This document shows positions 26,710-34,300 of a stretch of DNA of 64,000 nt, piece after piece (within the stretch, counting starts at the first letter, position 1; each line of letters starts with the position of its first letter). The notes below the pieces were generated by a model, which did no database searches, was not told the DNA's origin, and worked only from the letters and a program-made list of their open reading frames with translations. The stretch comes from an uncultured Candidatus Binatia bacterium. Lineage in GTDB: Bacteria > Desulfobacterota > Binatia > UBA9968 > JAJDTQ01. The translations under genes and the position numbers were made by a program. Where the stretch lies: assembly GCA_965261895.1 (NCBI GenBank), contig OZ253480.1, forward strand, positions 173,276-237,275. The letters run 5' to 3'.

Positions 26710-26988
26710 ATGATCCGAAGCTTTCGTCATCGAGGGCTCAGGCGGATGTATGAGCGCGGAGATGTGGGCAGGGTGGGGTCCGATCTCACAGACCGTGTCG
26801 CGCTGGCGCTGGCCGATCTTGACGATGCCCGCAAGCCTTCGGACCTTGATCTGCCTGGCTACCGACTTCACCCGCTGAAAGGCGATCTCGAGGGGTACTG
26901 GAGCATCTCGATCTCTGGAAACTGGCGAGTGACATTTCGCATTGAGGACGGCGACGCGTACGACGTCGACCTGACCGACTACCACTAA
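26710..26988 (+). CDS. higB: HigB toxin (RelE/ParE superfamily, plasmid-maintenance killer type)
   Basis: [18 protein letters not shown]…[45 protein letters not shown] is the classical HigB signature. Confidence 0.9.
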   Translation: MIRSFRHRGLRRMYERGDVGRVGSDLTDRVALALADLDDARKPSDLDLPGYRLHPLKGDLEGYWSISISGNWRVTFRIEDGDAYDVDLTDYH

Positions 26989-27002
26989 TGGGAGGCTTGA
27001 GT

Positions 27003-27299
27003 ATGGCGATGATCGATCCTCCGCATCCCGGACGCAGCATCCGCGAGAACTGTCTGGAACCGCTCGGTTTGAGCGTGACCGAAGCGGCGCGGGTGCTGGG
27101 CGTCGCCCGGCACACCTTGTCTCGGGTTCTCAACGGCCACGCGGCAATCTCTCCGGAGATGGCGCTCCGGCTAGAGAAGGCGGGCTGGTCGAATGCCGAG
27201 TTCTGGCTGCGACGCCAGACTACCTACGATCTCGTGCAGGCACGCAAGGACCAGGACCGGATCCATGCCCAACGATACCGGCCGCAGCCAGAGGTGTGA
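27003..27299 (+). CDS. higA: HigA antitoxin (XRE HTH)
   Basis: [82 protein letters not shown] lies 7 nt upstream of the ATG at 27003. The track start at 26988 is an alternative. Confidence 0.9.
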   Translation: MAMIDPPHPGRSIRENCLEPLGLSVTEAARVLGVARHTLSRVLNGHAAISPEMALRLEKAGWSNAEFWLRRQTTYDLVQARKDQDRIHAQRYRPQPEV

Positions 27300-27302
27300 G
27301 GG

Positions 27303-27516
27303 CTCCGATTTGAAGCAACAACGCCCGCAGCAACTGCTCCGGCGCAATCGAAGGCCGCCCCGTGTGCGAGTACATCGCCTCAAACTCCTGCGTCAGCCCT
27401 TCAAGCGCCGTGTTCACCATCTTCCGTATCGCTCGCAACGGATGGTCTCCCGGTACTCGCCCCTCTGGCGATACGTAGCTGAACATCCCTTCCTGACGCG
27501 GATCCGTTCCTCTCAT
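27303..27516 (-). pseudogene. IS5/IS1182-type transposase, N-terminal fragment (InsH N-terminal domain)
   Basis: …GMFSYVSPEGRVPGDHPLRAIRKMVNTALEGLTQEFEAMYSHTGRPSIAPEQLLRALLLQI then loses similarity. Abuts the higA stop. Confidence 0.7.
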
Positions 27517-27608
27517 CGCTTACTTCCTGTGGCTACGAATATGATACTTACTATCCGTGTCAGGCGGAGTTTTTCAACAGCCTGCCAGAGGGGAGGTAAG
27601 GTAGTGTA

Positions 27609-27746
27609 GGCGACTATCTTCGGCAGATAAGGGCAGCCATCGAGCCTCTAGTCCAGGCCGGCCTCATGCTGCCCGAGGATACCGACACGCTGGTGGACGA
27701 CTGTCGGATGGCGTATTTGGATTCTTTTGACGACGATTCAGGTTAA
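27609..27746 (+). pseudogene. Orphan 3'-end remnant homologous to the last ~45 codons of the 18666..20675 hydrolase gene
   Basis: GDYLRQIRAAIEPLVQAGLMLPEDTDTLVDDCRMAYLDSFDDDSG* aligns without gaps at nucleotide level with DYLQQVRTEIGSLVQAGLMLVEDTDALVTDCRQAFLDAVTYDPKQGA* (20532-20675). Confidence 0.8.
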
Positions 27747-27779
27747 CTTGAGTGTCATTGCGATCACAGAGATGAACTG

Positions 27780-27795
27780 ATATGGGTACCCATAT
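27780..27795. promoter_or_regulatory. Perfect 16-bp palindrome, candidate vapBC operator
   Basis: ATATGGGTACCCATAT, 20 nt upstream of the vapB-like ATG (27816). Confidence 0.45.
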
Positions 27796-27815
27796 TGGAT
27801 AATACGGGAAGCAAA

Positions 27816-28061
27816 ATGAAGACCACCATTGAGCTATCGGATGAGCTCGCCAACGCAGCGAAGACCTATGCTGCCGAGCACAAGATTACGTTGCGTTCGT
27901 TGGTCGAGCGGGGATTGCGCGAGGTCATGCGCGTGGATCACCAACGGAGCGGCTTCAAGCTCCGAGACGCAAGCGTCGGCGGGCGGGGTTTGCAGGCCGA
28001 ATTCCGTGATGCGGACTGGTCGCGCATCAGGGATGCAGTGTACAAAGGCCGGGGAAGTTGA
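27816..28061 (+). CDS. VapB-type antitoxin (DUF2191-like)
   Basis: MKTTIELSDELANAAKTYAAEHKITLRSLVERGLREVM… is a typical antitoxin N-terminus. TTGA overlap with the PIN gene start. Confidence 0.8.
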   Translation: MKTTIELSDELANAAKTYAAEHKITLRSLVERGLREVMRVDHQRSGFKLRDASVGGRGLQAEFRDADWSRIRDAVYKGRGS

Positions 28062-28492
28062 TCGCAACGGACACCAACATCCTTGTCTACGCGCACCGCA
28101 CGGATTCGGAGTGGCATGAGCGGGCCAAGTCCTGCATCGAGTCCCTGGCTGAGGGACGCGTGGCATGGGGCATACCCTGGCCGTGCGTTCACGAGTTTAT
28201 GACCATTGCGACCCACCCCAGGATCTACGATCCGCCGTCGAGCATCACCGAGGCCGTCGATCAGGTCGATGTTTGGCTTGAATCCCCCGTTGCCGTGTTG
28301 TTGCACGAAGGTGCCGAACACTGGGACTTACTGAAACGGCAGGTTCTGGCAGGTCAAGTGAAAGGCCCCATGGTTCATGATGCCAGGATAGCCACGATGT
28401 GTGTGAGCCACGGCGTCACCGAGCTTTGGACAGCCGACCGTGACTTCAGTCGCTTTCCGAGCGTTCCGACGCGCAATCCGTTGCTCGGTTAG
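28058..28492 (+). CDS. vapC: VapC-family PIN-domain toxin
   Basis: MIATDTNILVYAHR…(D5)…CVHEFMTIATH…VHDARIATMCVSHGVTELWTADRDFSRF has PIN acidic residues in the expected positions. TTG start. Confidence 0.85.
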   Translation: MIATDTNILVYAHRTDSEWHERAKSCIESLAEGRVAWGIPWPCVHEFMTIATHPRIYDPPSSITEAVDQVDVWLESPVAVLLHEGAEHWDLLKRQVLAGQVKGPMVHDARIATMCVSHGVTELWTADRDFSRFPSVPTRNPLLG

Positions 28493-28699
28493 CCCATCTT
28501 TAACACGGGAGTGGGGGATTTTGGCAGTTTGCGGGGTGGGCAGTTAGCTAAGGTATTGATTTCATTGAGTTGAGGTTCCGGGTGGTACAATGTAGTGCCA
28601 TACTAAGTCATATTCTCTTGCATTGGAGCATGTCACACAAAAGACCTGTTATAGGGTTTTGTGAGAAACTCGGGCATGAGTGAGAAAGGAAAAGAAGCA

Positions 28700-29526
28700 G
28701 GGAAAGTGCCCCCGGCGGGCTTCATCTCGCATGTAGCCCAGGCTCTTGATGCCCGCCGCTATCCCCGGATTCGCCGCGCTCCAGGCCGCCGGATCATCCA
28801 ACGGGCACCCATCTGGCCCCCGGTACAGGTGCAGGGCCACGGCCGGGTCATCGGCCCGGTCGATCAGTTCCTTTGTGAACGGCGCGTCCCCCTGGATACT
28901 CAAGGCAATGAACCGGCCATCCTCCGCGCTCGTGCTGGACCTCATGCCGTTGACTAGCGCCCGGTCCCGCTCCTGGAACAAGCCCGATTCGTCGATGATG
29001 GCGTCATCAAGGCCCGATGCATGGCCGGCCGACTTGTCCGTGCTCAGGATGTCAACGGACCCCGTAGGGGACTCCACCCGGCCAGGGGCAGGGGACCGGC
29101 GGAACACGAGACCATCAAGGGCGGACGCAGACGCTATGGCCTCCATCTGCGCTTTCAACTCCCCGGCTTTTCCTTGTTGACGGAACAGACCCCGGCCCGG
29201 TAGCCGGGAACCCGTAGGGGACCCACCAGCTGGCCCAACAGGTAGACCGCGACAATGGCGCTCTTGGCGTTCTTGCGGCCGATGCAAAGGAACGATTCCC
29301 GATGGGTCAGCGCGTCCCGGATGAACTCCACGCCGTAGTCCGGCAACGCCAGGGGATCCCTGGCCCGTGGATGGCCGGACGGCACCTTCAACACGTCCCG
29401 ACTCCATGTCGTCAAGGCGCCGGCAGGGTCAGACGGAAACGGCGGGATCACCGCCGGTGCTGTCCACCGTTTGGCCCGGTGACGTCGTACCGCTTCGGCG
29501 CGTTTCGCCCGGTCTTTGTATGGCAA
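28700..29526 (-). pseudogene. Phage terminase large subunit, N-terminal half, copy 2 (frameshifted, TTG start, truncated before the nuclease domain)
   Basis: (M)PYKDRAKRAEAVRRH…LPDYGVEFIRDALTHRESFLCIGRKNAKSAIVAVYLLGQLVGPL… continues after a frameshift as …DDAIIDESGLFQERDRALVNGMRSSTSAEDGRFIALSIQGDAPFTKELIDRADDPAVALHLY…AWSAANPGIAAGIKSLGYMRDEAR. Confidence 0.8.
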
Positions 29527-29664
29527 CTAAAACCCCGTTTCTCATTGACACCGGATGTAGCGGCGTGACACGTTGTTTACGTTCGAACGAGGCTTGTCAT
29601 GCCAACGCTGGGCAAGGCGTGTTGAGGTGAGTCAAGGCAAGTCAGGGCAAGTCAGGGCAAGCTG

Positions 29665-29705
29665 CAGAAACACCTGGTTGGCACCGTGCTAACCAGGTGT
29701 TTCTG
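29665..29705. repeat. Perfect 15-bp-stem hairpin (terminator-like on the + strand), preceded by 3 x 10-bp GTCA(A/G)GGCAA repeats
   Basis: CAGAAACACCTGGTT-GGCACCGTGCT-AACCAGGTGTTTCTG followed by TTTCT. The tandem decamers lie at 29631-29660. Confidence 0.6.
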
Positions 29706-29794
29706 TTTCTGACAGGGATTACGGGGATTACTCATCTCCGGTTTCCTGACCCGTAGGTCGGTACCGTGGCCTGAAACACGTATTGGCGGTACCA

Positions 29795-30364
29795 TCAAGG
29801 CGCGAAGATGATTCCTTCCTCTGCGATGATTATTCGGCGCGCTGACTCAAGTTTCCCCATATCTGCCAAAGGTATGAGAACATCCAGGAACTTCCTCCAA
29901 TTCGCCGAGGCCTCCCTTATCTCAAAATCGCTCACGAGCTTCCCGGTCGGAATCACAGCGCAGGGGATCCCCAAATCGTTTAGCTTGAGGAATACAGACG
30001 TTACTTCGGAATGAACCCATTCGAAAGGGTTTGGTTCCCTTAGGACGTTGCGCATCAATTGGCGCAAAGCCCGCAACTCTGCTCGCAAGTTCTGGAACTG
30101 CTCAATCTCGGCCTCTCGGGCACGCCGTTTCGCGGTGATCAAATGCTTGATGCCCGCCCAATTGATAAGAATCAACAATCCAGTGCCCCAGACTGCAAAG
30201 ATAATGGAGAGATCGGGACCTATGGACCGCCAGTCGCTGATCATTTCCTTCTCGGGCACGGGCAATGACCAGGTCTTGATGTAGTCAACGTAGAATTTGA
30301 TTGTGGGGCCGGTGAGAAAAAGACTCCACAGCCATTTCGATAACAGCCATTTCGATAACTTCAT
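29795..30364 (-). CDS. Hypothetical membrane protein with coiled-coil segment (189 aa), AT-rich
   Basis: N-terminal hydrophobic segments (WLWSLFLTGP…, LSIIFAVWGTGLLILINWAGI), then RRAREAEIEQFQNLRAELRALRQLM. No family recognised. Contains a perfect 15-bp tandem duplication at 30329-30358 (LSKWL x2). Confidence 0.5.
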   Translation of the reverse strand: MKLSKWLLSKWLWSLFLTGPTIKFYVDYIKTWSLPVPEKEMISDWRSIGPDLSIIFAVWGTGLLILINWAGIKHLITAKRRAREAEIEQFQNLRAELRALRQLMRNVLREPNPFEWVHSEVTSVFLKLNDLGIPCAVIPTGKLVSDFEIREASANWRKFLDVLIPLADMGKLESARRIIIAEEGIIFAP

Positions 30365-30900
30365 GCTCCCAAACTAACGGGGCGTCCTCTTTGCTGTCAA
30401 TTGTCAACCACATTGACTTCATCCGCGCATACCAATACCTTTCTGCCCTAAAGCCTCCCTCTGACGGTTGGCTTTGGTCCCTTGCTCGGGGAAGGCGGCT
30501 CGTCGGCTCCATCCGGCGGGCCGTCTGCGTACTTGGTCCCCTTCCGTGTCACCCTTCACGGCCACACCCGGTTAGCAGCCGGATGTGCGCTGCCTTACGG
30601 CGGTCCTTACAAGACACCCGCACGCCGGTGGAACGGCATGTGGGCACCGGGGCGGCAGGTCGGCCTCGGCCGACGCTCGCCGAGACGGGGTGAGTAACGA
30701 CCGGAGCCGGGATGTTCCTCGCGTCGCGAGCCCTCGGGTGGCCCATCTTCCAGCCGTGGGGCCATAGCGCCGTGCGCGCGTCTCGCACCGGGTTGAACCG
30801 CCGGATCCTAGAACGTCGCGCGGGTAGTGCCCCATGCCGATCCGGTGTTACCGGCGTCGTCACTGTTATTGGAAGTCGATTGCGCCTTAACGGGTGGGAG

Positions 30901-30974
30901 TGCCCCCGGCGAGACTTGAACTCACGACACCAGGATTAGGAATCCTGTGCTCTATCCTACTGAGCTACGGGGGC
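30901..30974 (-). tRNA. tRNA-Arg(CCT): tRNA-Arg (anticodon CCT), CCA not encoded
   Basis: The minus strand GCCCCCGTAGCTCAGTAGGATAGAGCACAGGATTCCTAATCCTGGTGTCGTGAGTTCAAGTCTCGCCGGGGGCA folds as a cloverleaf. It has a 7-bp acceptor stem, GCTC/GAGC D stem, CAGGA/TCCTG anticodon stem with loop TTCCTAA, and a GTGAG/CTCGC T stem with a TTCAAGT loop. Confidence 0.95.
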
Positions 30975-31111
30975 GTATAGGGAGAGTCCCACGGCGTCTC
31001 CGGTCTGCGTAAGCAAGAGCCGGAAATGGGCGGCGCGTGGGGGCTTTCTGACACGGCCGGCTGCGGCTTGTCAAACGATTTCCGAAGTGCCGGGTACGCG
31101 CCTCCCTTGTT

Positions 31112-31735
31112 CTACGCGTCCAGCGGCACCTTCATCCCGCGCTGGACCCCGGGTCGGGCGCCGATGGTGCCGAACCAGCGCTTGACCTGAGGGAAGTCGG
31201 ACAGATCCACCTGATGTCTCTCGTGCCGGCCCACCCAGGGGTAGGTGGCGATGTCCGCCACCGAGTATTCGCCGGCCAGGTACACGTGGTCGGAGAGGCG
31301 TTTCTCCATCACTCCGTAGAGGCGGCGGGCTTCGTTCTTGTACCGGTCGATGGCGTAGGGGACCTGCTCCTTGGCGCCGATGAAATGGTGCGCCTGGCCG
31401 AACATGGGCCCTACCCCACCCATCTGGAACATGAGCCACTGCATGACGTCGTAGCGCGCCCGGGATTCCTCGGGCAGGAACCGGCCGCCGGCCTTCTCCG
31501 AGAGGTAAAGCAGGATGGCGCCGGACTCGAACAGGCTGTAGGGGCCGCCGCCGGGGCCGTCCTGGTCGACGATGGCCGGGATCTTGTTGTTGGGGCTGAT
31601 GGCGAGGAAATCGGGCGCGAACTGCTCGTCCTTGCCGATGTTGATGAGATGCACTTCGTACGGCATCTCCAACTCTTCCAGCATGACGGATACCTTGCGG
31701 CCGTTGGGAGTTCTCCACGTATACAGATCGATCAT
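31112..31735 (-). CDS. Glutathione S-transferase (YfcG/YghU Nu-class-like)
   Basis: Start MIDLYTWRTPNGRKVSVMLEELEMPYEVHLINIGKDEQFAPDFLAISPNNKIPAIVD… after GGAGG. ATGA overlap with the upstream gene stop. Confidence 0.85.
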   Translation of the reverse strand: MIDLYTWRTPNGRKVSVMLEELEMPYEVHLINIGKDEQFAPDFLAISPNNKIPAIVDQDGPGGGPYSLFESGAILLYLSEKAGGRFLPEESRARYDVMQWLMFQMGGVGPMFGQAHHFIGAKEQVPYAIDRYKNEARRLYGVMEKRLSDHVYLAGEYSVADIATYPWVGRHERHQVDLSDFPQVKRWFGTIGARPGVQRGMKVPLDA

Positions 31736-32874
31736 GATGCCTCCTTGGGGTGTATCTTGACTCGCTTGGCGGTCCAAGGCAACGGCAGGCGCCGTCGCTT
31801 GCTGAACCGGCCGACGGCGAGTCCGGCTAAAACCACGAAAATGAACAGGAGAACCGGCCACACGCGGATGACGAGGGACGGCGTGGCCGACTCCACCTCG
31901 ACGGTTCGCGCGACCTCCGTCGCCCGTAGCCGGCCCGGGGCAGTCGCCCTGGCCAGCACTCGGTGGGGCGAGGCGTCGGTGAACTGGAACGCCAGATCGA
32001 GGGTGCCGTCCGTGGGCACGCGTTTAAGGGTGAAGATCTCCTTGCCCTTCTCAAGCTGCACCACTCTCAGGGTCACCGTGGCCGGCACGGGTTCTCCGGT
32101 GCCGGGGTCGATGCCGCGCCATCGTAGGGGGCTCGGGTGGCCCACACGGGGCGGCGCGACTGTCAACTCCCCTTTCAACCCGGCAGTTGGGTTGGTATCC
32201 GCGCTGAGGCCCCGGTTCAAACCGGCGCCATACAGGAGCGTGATCATGAGAACTGCCGCCATCCCCGCCGGAGCGGAGAAGATCCTGCCCGCGATGAACC
32301 CCAGGAGGAAGAGCGCGGCGACGAAACCGGCGAGAAAGGCTGTTTTCGCGCGGTTGGCGGGCACCTGGATCGCGAAGGACCGTTCGAGCCGGCGCCCTTG
32401 TCCGTCCGTGGCGCTTACGTCGAGCCGGTACTCACCCCGAATGGGAAACACGTAGTCCCAGGAAAGCGTTCCGGTCACGTTGGCGAGGTTCATGTCGATG
32501 AGACGGGTTCCCTCGATCAGCGGGAAGTCGGAGGAGACGAGCGTGCCGGGTGGCGGCGCCGTGAGTCGGACGGAGAGGTCTACCGGACCGCGGGGCCTCT
32601 CCCCGGCTCCGTCAACGTCGATGGTGATGGTGGCCGGGTCCTTCAGGGGACGCAGCAGGGTCGTGTCGGGTGAAACCTGGACCCTGATCGCGTTGTTGGC
32701 CACCTGGGCCGCGACAGGCCTTGCGAGACTCGCGGACAACAGAACCGCGGGCACCAGAAACAGCAGACGGAAAACGACGGGGATACGCCTCCCGGGGCCC
32801 GATGAGAAAGGATGCGCAAGTCGACCCGCGGGTCGTGCTCTGGATGGGTCGAATGGGATGCTGGCTAGTGGCAC
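31732..32874 (-). CDS. Hypothetical membrane protein with two Ig-like (FixH/YtkA-like) extracytoplasmic modules
   Basis: Signal/anchor VFRLLFLVPAVLLSASLARPVAAQ. Two beta-rich modules, each followed by TM helices. The second module (ELTVAPPRVGHPSPLRWRGIDPGTGEPVPATVTLRVVQLEKGKEIF) resembles metal-handling FixH/YtkA domains (weak call). Overlaps the cbtB stop by 10 nt. Confidence 0.6.
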   Translation of the reverse strand: MPLASIPFDPSRARPAGRLAHPFSSGPGRRIPVVFRLLFLVPAVLLSASLARPVAAQVANNAIRVQVSPDTTLLRPLKDPATITIDVDGAGERPRGPVDLSVRLTAPPPGTLVSSDFPLIEGTRLIDMNLANVTGTLSWDYVFPIRGEYRLDVSATDGQGRRLERSFAIQVPANRAKTAFLAGFVAALFLLGFIAGRIFSAPAGMAAVLMITLLYGAGLNRGLSADTNPTAGLKGELTVAPPRVGHPSPLRWRGIDPGTGEPVPATVTLRVVQLEKGKEIFTLKRVPTDGTLDLAFQFTDASPHRVLARATAPGRLRATEVARTVEVESATPSLVIRVWPVLLFIFVVLAGLAVGRFSKRRRLPLPWTAKRVKIHPKEAS

Positions 32875-33074
32875 GGAACAACGGCCAGCGCGTGACGGAA
32901 GTCATGCATGGCGTCGTGGACGGGAGGATAGGCGGCGGCCAGACTCACGTACAAGAGGACGCCCACCACGGCCATGAAAGCCGCGGATCTGAGGTAAAAC
33001 GATAGTCCCTCGGACATCACCCAGGTGAGTCCGGATGCGGCGCTTCGAGTCAGCAGGGCTGTACGTTCCATCAT
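32865..33074 (-). CDS. cbtB: CbtB-like putative cobalt transporter small subunit
   Basis: 69 aa with one TM helix and the characteristic C-terminal His/Cys motif VHDAMHDFRHALAVVPCH (CbtB: HD..HD.RH….PCH). Confidence 0.7.
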   Translation of the reverse strand: MMERTALLTRSAASGLTWVMSEGLSFYLRSAAFMAVVGVLLYVSLAAAYPPVHDAMHDFRHALAVVPCH

Positions 33075-33162
33075 GGCGATGATTCCTACGCCAGGGCCGC
33101 AATGCTTGTCAAGGATTGTCCGGACGAGGGCGCGTTGCTCTTCCTCGCGTGGTGCACGCCAC

Positions 33163-33186
33163 GGGGGCGACCGCGGTCGCCCCTAC
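33163..33186. repeat. REP family B palindrome
   Basis: GGGGGCGACCGCGGTCGCCCCTAC. Confidence 0.8.
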
Positions 33187-33282
33187 ACGTCGTCGCACCT
33201 TGCCGACGACCAAAATGCCCTCGCATCTTCACAACCGTATTTGTGAGACACCACACCAGGGAGGCAAGGAATCGCTCAGGTT

Positions 33283-34278
33283 CTAAGCCCGAATGCACGC
33301 GACCCGGTGACCCCTTCTCTTCTCCACCAGCGGAATGGACTGCTCGGTGCACTCCGCGATGCGGAGGGGGCAACGAGACGCGAAACGACAGCCCGGACCG
33401 GGGTTCAACGGCACTGCGGGCTCACCCTCGAGCGGCCGCAATTGACCCGGGTGGCCAATCCGCGGGCGGGAGTCGAGAAGAGCCTTGGTGTAGGGGTGCA
33501 GGGGGCGCTGCATCACGGCATCCGTTGAGCCTTCTTCCATGATCTTGCCGCCGTACATCACCGCGATCCGGTCGGACACGTATTCGGCGACGTTGAGATC
33601 ATGGGTGATGAAGACCATCGTGAGCCGAAATCTTGTCCTGAGGTCCTGGAGAAGCGCCAGGACCTGGGCCTGGATGGACACGTCCAACGACGAGACGGGC
33701 TCGTCCGCAAGAATCAGCGAAGGCTCCGTGGCCAGAGCTCTGGCAATGGCGATTCGCTGCCGTTGGCCTCCACTGAACTCGTGCGGATAGCGTTCCAGAT
33801 GCTGCGAAGACAACCCCACCTGCTCAAGCAAATGGACGACGCGTTCTCGCCGCGCTTCTCCGCGGAGACCGAAATGGATCGTCAATGCCCTGCCGATGAT
33901 CATCTCGGTGCGCATGCGAGGATTCAGGGAAGAGAAAGGGTCCTGGAAGATGAACTGGATGTCCTTGCGCAGCGCCTTCATTTCGCTGGGCGACGCCTTC
34001 ATGATATCGCGGCCCGCGAGGGTCACGTCGCCGGACATCACCGGCAACAACCGCGCGATGAGCTTGGCCGTGGTGGACTTGCCCGAGCCACTCTCCCCCA
34101 CCAGGCCCATGGTCTCGCCCTCGCCAACGTCGAACGAAACCCCATCCACCGCCTTTACGGTCCGCGGACCATACAGGAGGCGTCGAGCCGCCCCTCCGCT
34201 CACGTCGAAATACTTGACCAGTTCGTAAACGCTGAGCAGAGGCAGAGTATTATCCGCCGTGTTGAGAGCCTCCATCAC
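33283..34278 (-). CDS. Peptide/nickel ABC transporter ATP-binding protein (DppF/OppF-like)
   Basis: GETMGLVGESGSGKST, FSGGQRQRIAIARAL, LILADEPVSSLD. C-terminal oligopeptide-type Cys motif (PGCRFASRCP). Confidence 0.9.
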   Translation of the reverse strand: MMEALNTADNTLPLLSVYELVKYFDVSGGAARRLLYGPRTVKAVDGVSFDVGEGETMGLVGESGSGKSTTAKLIARLLPVMSGDVTLAGRDIMKASPSEMKALRKDIQFIFQDPFSSLNPRMRTEMIIGRALTIHFGLRGEARRERVVHLLEQVGLSSQHLERYPHEFSGGQRQRIAIARALATEPSLILADEPVSSLDVSIQAQVLALLQDLRTRFRLTMVFITHDLNVAEYVSDRIAVMYGGKIMEEGSTDAVMQRPLHPYTKALLDSRPRIGHPGQLRPLEGEPAVPLNPGPGCRFASRCPLRIAECTEQSIPLVEKRRGHRVACIRA

Positions 34279-34300
34279 AACGGTTCAACTTCTACGCCGG

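Noticed and set aside
22868-29526. Possible intact prophage or phage satellite, because terminase-like ORFs are present.
   Set aside because: Only N-terminal terminase fragments with frameshifts remain. No portal, capsid, tail, integrase, repressor or replication genes are present, and the interval is filled by IS remnants and TA pairs.
33075-33282. Cobalamin (B12) or NiCo riboswitch upstream of the cbtB-like gene.
   Set aside because: Reading the minus strand, I could not find a B12-box (…AGYCMGGAGACCKGCC…-like) or the conserved GCCACUG/GGUGC elements. The region mostly contains a family B REP palindrome. Only a covariance-model scan could settle it.
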